Source: Macrostomum lignano
Lineage: Eukaryota
Length of the DNA stretch: 64,000 bases
Reading direction: 5' to 3'
Assembly: GCA_002269645.1 (NCBI GenBank)
Contig: NIVC01000544.1
Span: 1-64,000, forward strand
Shown one piece after another: positions 20,089 to 31,168 of the stretch (position 1 is the first letter of the stretch; each line of letters starts with the position of its first letter). The position numbers and the translations under genes are program-made. The notes under the pieces were generated by a model. It was not told where the DNA came from. It saw only the letters and a list, made by a program, of their open reading frames with translations, and did no database searches.

Positions 20089-23000
20089 TCACAGCTTGCA
20101 TGCCGCGGTTGGCAGGTCGGCCTTCAACAGTTGCACAATGTCGCCAGCGCAGCCCCAGAACAGGGTCAGGCCGGAGCCACCGTGGCCATAATTGTGATAA
20201 ATCTGCGCGAGGGGGTAGTTTAGTTTTACGTTTTAGATTCTCTGAAAATTGGTCTACTGTTAGTAGGAATAACTGAGTTTGATTCTATCAGTAATAAAGT
20301 AATTGCTCAGGTTTACTGTCCCTTGTGTATGGATTGAAATTGTATGATTTTTAATTTTATTTAGAAAGAGTTTTGGTACCGGATACTTGGTCTCTTGGTG
20401 GGCGCCCCTGTCTCTTGGTGGGCGCCCCTGTCTCTTGGTGGGTGCCCCTGTCTCTTGGTGGGCGCCCCTGTCTCTGTGGTTGGCGCCCCTGTCTCTTGGT
20501 GGGTGCCCCTGTCTCTTGGTTGGCGCCCCTGTCTCTTGGTGGGCGCCCCTGTCTCTTGGTGGGCGCCCCTGTCTCTGTGGTTGGCGCCCCTGTCTCTTGG
20601 TAGGCGCCCCTGTCTCTTGGTGGGCGCCCCTGTCTCTGTGGTTGGCGCCCCTGTCTCTTGGTGGGCGCCCCTGTCTCTTGGTGGGCGCCCCTGTCTCTTG
20701 GTGGGCGCCCCTGTCTCTTAGGTCGGTGGATGCTACGTCCAAGAGGTATTATATTCTCTACTTTTAGTAAAAAATTCGTCAAAAAACTGAGAAATACTTA
20801 GCCCAGTTTTTTTGTTACAGCTTTTATTTTCTACTATTTTTTATTTTTTATTATCTAGTTATTACCAACATTTTGACAACTAAGTGATGCAGTGGATTCG
20901 GAATGGTCTGACTCACCGTGCAGTCTCCAATATTTTCGCGTTCAAGACGAACTTTGTCCCGTCCGGGTCGAAGTCCGACCAGATCGGCCAGCACGGGAGC
21001 GGCCCGCAGCGACGGCCAGATGGCATAGTTGCGCGACAGGATGCCGGCTTTGTCAGTCTCCGACACCGACATGTTCCAGTCGCCTTTTTGGGCTACACCA
21101 CCAAGAACGGCGAAGTTTGTGCTGAAGTGGAGCAATTATCAGTCTTTATGGTGGCAGGCGGGCGGAAACGAGGTGTTTGGCGTGATGTCTCTGCAGAGGA
21201 GGGGGTGTTGGGCGTGAGGTGGCTGCAGGGGAGGGGTGTTGGGCGTGAGGTGGCTGCAGGGGAGGGGTGTTGGGCGTGAGGTGGCTGCCGGGTGTTGGGC
21301 GTGAGGTGGCTGCAGGGGAGGGGTGTTGGGCGTGAGGTGGCTGCCGGGTGTTGGGCGTGAGGTGGCTGCAGGGGAGGGGTGTTGGGCGTGAGGTGGCTGC
21401 CGGGTGTTGGGCGTGAGGTGGCTGCCGGGTGTTAGGCGTGAGGTGGCTGTAGGGGTGAGGGGTGGGGTGTTGGGCGTGAGGTGGCTGCAGGGGGAGGGGT
21501 GTTGGGCGTGAGGTGGCTCCAGGGGAGGGGTGTTGGGCGAGAGGTGGCTGCCGGGTGTTGGGCGTGAGGTGGCTGTCGGGTGTTGGGCGTGAGGTGGCTG
21601 TAGGGGTGAGGGGTGGGGTGTTGGGCGTGAGGTGGCTGCAGGGGGAGGGGTGTTGGGCGTGAGGTGGCTGCCGGGTGTTGGGCGTGAGGTGGCTGCCGGG
21701 TGTTAGGCGTGAGGTGGCTGCGGGTGTTGGGCGTGAGGTGGCTGCAGGTGAGGGGTGTTGGGCGTGAGTTGGCTGCCGGGTGTTGGGCGTGAGGTGGCTG
21801 CGTGTGTTGGGCGTGGGGTGGCTGCAGGGGAGGGGTGTTGGGCGTGAGGTGGCTGCATGGGAGGGGTGTTGGGCGTGAGGTGAGGCTAAAGTTAGCCATA
21901 TTCAGCAATCCATGCTCACTTCATCAAGCAGTAGGTTCCATCGTCGCTGGTGAACCAGAATTTGAGCCACGGAGCGGCGACCCTGTGCACCTGGCCTCTA
22001 ATAGGAAACATTGTCTTGTCGCCGCATAGTTTCATGGCTCCTAGGCCAGAGCAGTTGATGATGTGCTTGTAGCCCAGCTGTTGCAGCTCGGAGAACGAAT
22101 TCACTCGGTGGTTCTCAACCAGCTTCCCACCGAGTGCCTTGAATCTGCCAGGATGTCAATGGTTCTAATATTATTAGTTTCAACATCAGAGCACAAATCT
22201 GGAATTACTTACTGGTCTGTCAAATGCGGTATTAATTTGGAGCCTTCGGCCACAGCGGATATAAAGTAGATCCCGCTCTTAATCCGGCTAGGAAACACGG
22301 ACAGCTCTGATGGTGTGGCACGACGAAATTCCAAGGGAATGTGCGACCAGTAGCGGGTCTGTTTGGCGAGAGTGTATGGCATTCGTTCAAGAGGATTTCA
22401 TATTCTTCAGAGTCATCCCTGGATGAATAACAGTCACGCAAACTCACCCCTGGATCATCGACGCTCAATAGTTCAAAGCCGGGCGCTAAGAACACACCGC
22501 ACTTTCCTGATTGAGGATCCGATTTTGCCAGGTCAACCAGATGATCGTAAGTTTCCTTGCCCCACGAGCTAAAAAATGTTTTTTTCGAGGTCTAGTTAGA
22601 ATATACTGCTAATATTCTAGGTACTAGCATAGACATAAGCATCTGCACTCATACAGATTCTCCCAAAGACAGCTGGGAGTGTCCCATAGACACTTCCGGA
22701 CACTTCCAGACACTCCCACAGACACTCCCACAGACACTCCCACATACTCTCCCAACAGACACTCCCACAGACACTCCCACAGACACTCCCACAGACACTC
22801 CCACAGACACTCCAACAGACACTCCCACAGACACTCCCACAGACACTCCCACAGACACTCCCACAGACACTCCCACATACTCTCCCAACAGACACTCCCA
22901 ACAGACACTCCCACATACTCTCCCAACAGACACTCCCAACAGACACTCCCACATACTCTCCCAACAGACACTCCCAACAGACACTCCCACATACTCTCCC

Positions 23001-24005
23001 ACAGACACTCCCACAGACACTCCCACATACTCTCCCAACAGACACTCCCAACAGACACTCCCACATACTCTCCTAACAGACACTTCCAACAGACACTCCC
23101 ACAGACACTTCCACATACTCTCCTAACAGACACTCCCACAGACACTCCCACATACTCTCCTAACAGACACTCCCACAGACACTCCCACAGACACTCCCAC
23201 AGACACTCCCACAGACACTCCCACAGACACTCCCACATACTCTCCCAACAGACATTCCCACAGACACTCCCCACGAGACACTCCCACAGACACTCCCACA
23301 GACACTCCTAACAGATACTCCCCACGAGACACTCCCACAGACACTCCCACAGACACTCCTAACAGATACTCCCCACGAGACACTCCCACAGACACTCCCA
23401 CAGACACTCCCACAGACATTCCCACATACTCTCCCACAGACACTCCCAACAGACACTCCCACAGACACTCCCACAGACACTCCCACAGACATTCCCACAT
23501 ACTCTCCCACAGACACTCCCAACAGACACTCCCACAGACACTCCCACAGACACTTCCACATACTCTCCCAACAGACATCCCAGAGACACATGTTGACACT
23601 CTATGGACACCCCACGGACACCTACAGAGAACGTGGCCGGAGACAAATTCTAGGCTAGACACATGATCAATAAGTAGGTTACTACAGTGCTATCCAGCTA
23701 GCCCATCGATATAGTGTACATCTATATTTAGCATCAATCGCATAAGCTATTCTAAAGTCTACAACTACAACTGATATACAATCTATGAAAACAAGCAAAT
23801 TAATAATTTACATTACAATCTCATGCGGAGTATTGCTAATGTAGGACGGTCCCCAGAATCCAGCCGCTACATCACTTGTAGTGTCCGGACTGACTGACTC
23901 GGCGAAAATGGTCACCTCAGCGCCGGGGAAAGCTTGTAGAATTCGTAGCGCCGACGAAATACCAATTATACCGGCTCCGACTACCGCTATTTTTGGTGAC
24001 GACAT
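20089..24005 (-). CDS. D-amino-acid oxidase / D-aspartate oxidase family flavoenzyme, 6 exons, ~334 aa
   Basis: Exons 24005-23812, 22568-22448, 22358-22213, 22144-21920, 21121-20917, 20202-20089 total 1005 nt, in frame. Motifs: [10 protein letters not shown] (FAD), [42 protein letters not shown]-terminal CKL is a PTS1. Confidence 0.95.
20388..20718. repeat. 20/21-bp minisatellite (GTCTCTTGGTGGGCGCCCCT)n in oxidase intron 5
   Basis: Tandem units. Confidence 0.95.
21175..21882. repeat. G-rich 25/31-bp minisatellite (GGGTGTTGGGCGTGAGGTGGCTGC)n in oxidase intron 4
   Basis: Tandem units. Confidence 0.95.
22685..23585. repeat. 12/13-bp minisatellite (CAGACACTCCCA)n in oxidase intron 1
   Basis: Tandem units. 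Source of the WECL/HRHS ORFs. Confidence 0.95.
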
Positions 24006-25446
24006 TGCCCTGTTACTAGGCGCAGAGTTCAACAACTCAACGGTTGCAGCACGAGTTCCTAGACTTCTTAGAAAACTGTTCAAGTTAGAAATTAAGCTAA
24101 GCAGACGATTTTTAATAGATAAAAATGGCCAACAGCTTGGCATTTGGAGTGCAGGAGTTAGTCATGCAGAGACGGGTAGTGTAAGAGAGACAGATTCTAG
24201 TAAGACAGCTATACCGCTATACCCTCTACAGCACAGAGCTTGTATATCAGACAGACGGATAAAGAGAGAACTAGTTAGCAGCATTGTACATTGCTTTCCT
24301 TGCAGCACAAGCCCGACTACTGGCTGCGTACAGTCATATACGTACGCGCTAGATCGTGCTTGAATTGCGCTTTCCAGCCCAATTAAAAGCATGAAAGCGA
24401 GATGTTGGAAAAAAGCACAATCTGTTGTGATATACCGTAGCAATTAGGTGTACTTACGGGTGTACAATGTTTTTTTAGACGGTAGCTATTTTGTTTTCTG
24501 TTGCGGATATGGTCGCGACTCAAAAATACAACTCAAAAATCTAGTTAGTAAACAATTTTAATTTGCTCATTTTAATTTGCTCGTAGCAGAAAGTTGTTTA
24601 CGCGACTATACCCAGTTTTTGCATAGTTGTAAGCCGGGCCTCAGTTTTTTATGCCATCTATCTACAAACTTCAAATTAAAACAAACCCATTCACATACAA
24701 TCGCACGACAACCCAAAAAAATCGAACTGATCGTGTTTTTAACAGTTTTTAACTGGATTTTTCGATCTGGATATGATTAATTTCATCTATGGTAAATTCT
24801 CATTTAGCTTTGTTGCAAAAACCCACCTCTTAGAGGATTTTGCACAATTAACCAGTCTTAGCGAGCGTCCTTACCATGTACTTATTTGCACACGTATGTA
24901 GGGCCATTATCAGGCAGAGCATCAGTCCAAAACATGAATGCCTAGAAATGCAAGAGCTTATTGCAAATTTTCGTTCGATAATTTAAACAAATTTCAGTTA
25001 CGGCAGTTGCAGTAGTAAAAGCTGAAAAAAGTTAAAAATCCAGGGGCCTAAGAATGTTTATGCAAAGATTTTGTTCGCTGTTGTTCAACTACGTGAAATT
25101 TTTGAAAGATTAAACAAAAGTATAAAACGCCAATATTTCATGCTTGATAAACCCAGGTGTTTAATAGCAGTTTTCTTTTTAACTCTATTTTCTTTATAGG
25201 TGCTGCTTACCATCAAAATTACAGTTTACTCAATCATGTCTCAAACACTGCTCCCAGACTGCTCAAACGAATCACGACAATGGACAAAGGAATAAAATAA
25301 TGAATTATTTACATGTATCTGTTTAGTAGAACGTAAAATAAAAAAGATACACCTACAGACTTGCCAAGCCTGAAAAATTCAACCAGTCTCTTATTATTTA
25401 TAGCTATGTCTTTAGCAAAACTACGAGCACTCTCTATGACCCCACC

Positions 25447-25800
25447 GAGGGGGCCGAGGCCGTAGCCTAGTGGTGTGTCAGCGGCCAGGCTCGATTCCAA
25501 GTGCAGTCGCATTAATTTGGGTGCTGAATTGGGATCTCGGCTTGGCTCTGCTCGTGCAATTAACGGCCTCGATCGCGCAACCCCCCAAGGCGTACATGCC
25601 TAACGATAAATAAAGTTAGGACCGCTGTACACTCCTGTGTGAGTGTGTGCCTGTGCGTGTGACTGCGTACGTATCCGTTTGCTTGTGTGCCTGCTCAGGG
25701 GAGTCGGTTGAATGGGCAGTAATGCCTCTCACCGGTTGTGTGACAATGTCACTAGAAGTTTGTCAGAATGCGCACAGCCCCTGTCTTTAAAAAAAAAACG
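25447..25800 (+). mobile_element. tRNA-headed SINE, fullest copy
   Basis: A box TAGCCTAGTGG, B-box-like GGCTCGATTCC, body shared with 28950-29120, 30800-30935 and 52775-53085, A-rich tail. Imperfect flanking duplication GACCCC(TC)ACCG. Confidence 0.7.
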
Positions 25801-26371
25801 ACCCCTCACCGTCTTAAAAAAACATTGCCTTAAACGAACAAAAACAGACCCAATAACTGAGTGCATAAATTATAGTTTAGTGTTTATAGTAAAATTAAAC
25901 GGTTACTGTCTTTTGCTTTCAAATTTTCGATAATGTGATCAATTTTGATCGATGTCTGTTCATTTTGCGTGTAGGGGGTGAGGGTTACCCTTTGGGAAAT
26001 AACGTTGATTTATGTCCTTGCATTGATGATAAGTGCAAGACCAACCAATATTTTTAATAAATTGAAATGCTAAATCGATTAGTTTCTATTATATGTTACG
26101 CGTATTATGCTCCATTTCTGGGAGCTGCAATGATTTTGCACAACGCATAGCATGCATTCGATCACACGCTTACAGTCGTGCTGCGCTATGTACATGTATG
26201 ACTTGGCGTGCCAATTTTCGCATGAATTTTCCAAGAAATAAGCTGCATTTCCAACTGGCATGATATCTGCGCAAGTGTAATATAAATAGAACCCCCAACT
26301 GTGCCTTGCAATATATTTGACGCTTGACAAACAAAATGCTCTTGGTCAAATCACATGACTATGCCAGTTTA

Positions 26372-28418
26372 ATGGCAAACTGGAAAGCATTTCAAGTCTC
26401 CTTTATTCTATCTGCCGTTGCTGTTTGCACTTTCTGCGACAGGCCGGCTCAAGCTCAAGTACAGAGCTACAGATGCCAGGAGCGGACGGGCCCGCAGACC
26501 ATCGTTGCCAGTGGAACAATCCAGCTAGAATTGAAGCACCCAATTTATACCTACCTGCACCCGAATCAGAACTGCGAGATGCGAGTTCAGTATCGGAGCA
26601 GTTCCGTTGGCTCTGCCAGATCTCATCGTTGGCTAGTTTCTGTCGTCAACGCCAGCATGAGAGCCTACTCAGCATCGGCAAAGTTCTTCAACTCCATCGA
26701 CCCGAATCCGCCTCAGTCGGCCAGCGTGGAGCCATCGTTGACGCTGCACACGCCGCAGCTGGACAGCTACCAGTTCGTCACCGATGGGAACAACTTCAGC
26801 GTGGTCTTCGCTACAATGAAACTGCCAGAGGCGCATTCTACTGGACTTGTGCTGAGGGCGGAACCGTTTGACCGGTAATTTTTACAGAGTTATATTTGTC
26901 TGTTAGTTAGACGCTGCTGGGAATCAGTGTTTAAAAGGCAAGGGGGGGATTTCTAGAAAGTTAATTACATCGGACCTTATAACAGACGTAAGATGGAGAA
27001 GCCGCACTTATGGCTTGCTTAAGAGGCTCGCATACATTTAAATGGCGTCGGGTGAATGGCGCCAAGCAGAAATCGATTGAGATTATCATAGAACTTACGG
27101 CAGTTTCTGGAGACACTCCAAGATCTCGAAAGTTGGTCAGCCTGGCACCGGAAACGGCAAAGAAATACGTAAGAATTGAAGCCTGATAATTTTTTATTGG
27201 TTTCGACTGTTAATCTTAAAAGTTTAATTAATAACGAAATGAATGCATGCTATTGTTTTAGGTCCAAGAAGTTAACCTTATTAAGCATAAAAAACGGTCA
27301 AATCATGACGAATCACAATTCATGATAAATAATTTTCACACTTCTGAAATTTCTACGTGCAACTGGACCAAGTACATGTAGGAGGAACTTTCAGGATTGT
27401 ATTCGTCTTCTTGACATATTTTAGACCTGTTAACATGAAGAGAACTTTGCTAGGACTTGCTCTGCAGTACAGAATGTTATATGAGGCTTTATCACAGATA
27501 TCTCTGTCCAGAAATGACTACCCTTGCACTGCACCATGCGCACAATCAGGTGCCCTAACGGCTGGTTCGACACCGGCATCAGTTGCTACGGCCTGCCGTT
27601 TCTGCCGGACGTGGCTCAAGTTAACAAGGCTCAAGGCGACGTCGCTTGCGCTCGCCTTGGCGGCGGCAGTCTCAGCCAGGGCGTCTACACAAGCGACCAC
27701 ATTGCCGAGTCCATTGAGAATTTGCTGTCTATAAAGGGAAACGAATCGAAGCTAAACCTGACTTACTGGGTGGGCATCGTGCGAGCCGGTGAAGGATCAA
27801 CCATCACGGCGGGTAGCAAATCTTCGACTCATAATTTCAGCTACTCCAACGGCTACAAAACGCCTCAGTAAGTTTGCGTGCATTAAAAGACGAATTGGCA
27901 AATTCTTATTGAATGGTTGCGCTGGATTCTATTGTGTTGTCTCTACCGAGATGTATAGACTTTTTTCAATACTACTTCAAGGTTTATTAGAACCTGTTAC
28001 GGTTTGCCTTCATGAGTGTTTGGTTGTGCAAAAGCTGATATTAGATGCGTAAAATTTCACAACTGCAATTCAAACATTCAGCAAGGTGGAACTAATCGAA
28101 AACTGTCAAATGAGACTAGCCAGCCCGACAGCAAGCTCGTGCAACTGCGTCATCTATCGATCCGCCGGGGTTCGATTCCTAGCCGAGAATTGCAACTCAA
28201 CGCATCGCTACATCTGCACAATGCCTCTGCCAGTGTTGCATCGTAGAGATTCGACTGACTATGAATGTAACCCGGACAGCTGCCCGCAGTCAGGAGGTGT
28301 CAGCGTTGCGTGGCGCTCGGCTGCAGTGACTCTTATCGTGCTGATTCTCCTGGTTATGCTCGCCGTTCCCTGCCTGCCAAAAATTCGTCAACTTTATAAG
28401 AGTAGCGCTCCGATTTGA
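26372..28418 (+). CDS. Membrane protein: signal peptide, CUB-like domain, C-type-lectin-like domain, TM (paralog A), 3 exons
   Basis: Exons 26372-26874, 27550-27867, 28082-28418, both introns phase 2. CTLD-like motifs CPNGWFDTGISCY, ACARLGGGSL, YWVG, CVIY..ENCNSTHRYIC. Hydrophobic AAVTLIVLILLVMLAV. The CUB assignment rests on a weak pattern only. Confidence 0.8.
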
Positions 28419-28949
28419 GTTGAAAGTTTTAGGTTAGATTGTTGAGCGCAATATTGATATGAAGATTTTGTAAAAGTTTTTTAGCCAAATTTGTCTAGAA
28501 ACTTTTCGATACCCTGGGTAGCCACTTATAAACTCGCCTGGAAAAACCACCCCCCTGGTGCTAAAGCTCCTGGTGCTAAAGCCTTTAGTGCTAATAAAGC
28601 CTCCAAAAATCCTTCTTATGCCCCTGGGGTCACCTGGTTTTTTCACTTTCAATAACAAGTTGTCCTTTTAATAGTCTTTATAGTAAGTGCCAACCCAAAG
28701 GCATGCAAAGTACAGAAATTAAGAAGCTTAAATTAATGGATGCTGAGTCTCAGGTTCTCGGCGAGTCAATGTTGTTTTTTCGTCCGTTTCTTTTTTTATT
28801 GCCGTCACAAAAATTATGTTTCAATTCATTTTTGTAATATACGTGTATAAGTAGTTTGCAATAGGTAATTGTTGATTTTTGTTCACCGAAAAGGAGCATT
28901 ACATTATCTAAATAATTAGCGTGTGTTTGTTTATGCGTATGATTTAACG

Positions 28950-29120
28950 ACGGGGCCGTAGTCCAATTTTCTATTGCGGCGCTTTGATGATCCATTGGCC
29001 CTGGCGATCGATTCCAAGTGCAGTCACATCAACTTGTTGGGGTTACATGCTAACGATAAATAAAGTTAGGGCCGCTGTGCACTCCTGTTTGTTAGTGCCT
29101 GTGCTTGTGTGCCTGCTCAG
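28950..29120 (+). mobile_element. SINE copy, truncated and internally deleted
   Basis: Shares CGATTCCAAGTGCAGTC and TAACGATAAATAAAGTTAGG.CCGCTGT.CACTCCTGT with 25447-25800. Confidence 0.7.
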
Positions 29121-30799
29121 GCCTGTCATGCCCCTTTTCCAGTAAAAGCTATGCGGGAAATGCCCTACCTTGTGACCCGTTGTGAAAATCAAAGAAATTG
29201 CTTCAGTGTGGCAAAATAAATTTGCTTTGGCGCCTTTGGTGCCAAAATGAGTGCATGTGGCGCAAAAATGTTAATATCGTTGGGAACACAAAAGTGTAAG
29301 TATAGTGTTAGCTTATCTAGTCTATACCTAGATGCATGCAATCTCTGGCCTCAGACACAGTTCGTACTTATAGCTTGCATACATGTATGTTGTGCTAAGC
29401 TTGACCGCAACTCTAGTTATCTCAGTGGACGAGCCCGAAGACTGGCCGGATTGACTTCGGACTCTGAGCATGGGATCGCGTCAGGAGACTTGATCAGCCC
29501 GTCCCTAGGGCACAAATTAAATCCAGCCAGTACCTCAAATGATAAAAGACACGCGACTCACTCTCTTATCCTCACGCAACAGTGATGGCGGCGGCAGGGG
29601 TGGCTTCTCTCAACTTCTGTCGATAATTCTGAGCAAACACTGGCTTCTGAGTAAGTTCAGTTTTGGTTGTAACAGAGCTTGTAGCTGCGTATAGATCGAC
29701 ACGAAAGGATGGCCTCCCCTACCGCCGCTCCTGCATGCATTTATATTTACGCTATCTGGTTAAGCCCTGGGGTATCGCTACCCAAAGTTACGAGTCTTAA
29801 AAGTTACAAAGCACGCCGGGGTCGCGATTGGAGGAGTGAGAGTACACATTGGACCGCCAGCCAATCGCAGGGCGAGCGAGGGGCGCATGTACTGGGGCCG
29901 CACCCAGCCAAACCGGCTGGCTCATACAGACAGTGGGATGGGTGCAGCTGGGGGGGGGTCTGACGCAGACAGAATGGGGGGGGGGTTGACGCAAGCACGT
30001 GGCCGGGAGGGGTGGGAGTGCAGTGCCGGGCATACCTAAAACCAAGATCGTCATTGGCTGTGTTCGAATCTTCTTTACTTTAGTGTGTCTTTTCACTTTT
30101 TAGTTTACACTAAGCATAAGCAACTAACACATAAAACACATACTCATTCCTATCCCAGGCAAAACCGTTGAACTAATATGTTGCTACGGCCGGGGGCGAG
30201 GTACATTTATTGAGGTTAGCCGTTTTGTTTTGGGTGAGTTAAAGCGATTAGGGGAGGTCAGTCTTTATGTCTTTTTGCCGTCCTTTAGTACGCGTCGGCC
30301 CCAGGTCCACCCTCTCGGTTGCTATGCTCCTGGGGGTTGACAGTCAATTGTGCAGCTCTTGGGCGCGCTCGAGCTGCTTCTTCTCGACTGTCAACCGCAT
30401 CGCCCTATCTAATCGTCTCGCCTAGAATGGATGGTGGATGCTATAGTCTGGTCACGCTTAGTTACTCTTCGCCGTTGGCCTCTATTATTCCATTTATTAG
30501 TTTGCCATATGTATCTCTTCTTCTTGCGCCCATCTGTCAATCTGTGCAAACTTGGTCTCGCCGCCTTGGCACTCCGTGGCGTGGCTCCCTCCACAAATTT
30601 TAGCTTCGCTATTGTTCTTTGGGCATTTAGGTCGGCTTGAATGCAGCTGGTCTGCTTCGATAACTGTGGTCGAGGCGAATAGAGGTCGCTGTTTTTTGCT
30701 CCGATGTATGCGCTTTTCCAGTGCTTACACGGATACTTGAGACAGGGCAGTCCAGCGGTAAACGCGCGTCTCTGACTCACGCGCTACACGACCTCTTAC

Positions 30800-30935
30800 A
30801 CGCATGAGGGCCAACCCGCAAGGCACAGATAGTGTACATGCTTGACAACTAGAAACGCAGGGTCGCTGTACACCCTGAGTGAGCGTGTGTATAAGTGCGT
30901 GCCTCGGTTGTGAGACGATGTCGCTGAAAGCGTTG
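30800..30935 (+). mobile_element. Diverged SINE 3' fragment
   Basis: GAGGGCCAACCCGCAAGGCACAG..GTGTACATGC..CGCTGTACAC..CGGTTGTGAGACGATGTCGCT matches the copy at 52775-53085. Confidence 0.6.
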
Positions 30936-31168
30936 CGCCTACCTACAACCCTCCTGCGAGCATTATTATTTGTGGGTACTTGTGACCCTAGCACTTTAAC
31001 CGTATACTACGTAATTTCTTAAATTAAAAAGCACTATAAAAAAGAAGAGTCCAAGCACCCAGAAGCAAATTCTGAGCCAAACTTCGTACCAAAACGAAGC
31101 AAACATTTTCAACTCTTCAAACCATTCGAGAACAGCAGGGTATAATAAAAATTAAGTTACCCAACAGG

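Noticed and set aside
20260-20782. [13 protein letters not shown] repeat ORFs
   Set aside because: A 20-bp minisatellite in oxidase intron 5.
22617-23662. Cys/Trp- or His-rich repeat ORFs (WECL, HRHS, CGSV)
   Set aside because: A 12/13-bp minisatellite in oxidase intron 1.
25447-25510. tRNA gene
   Set aside because: It has A/B-box-like motifs but no cloverleaf, and continues into a dispersed repeat body, so it is a SINE head.
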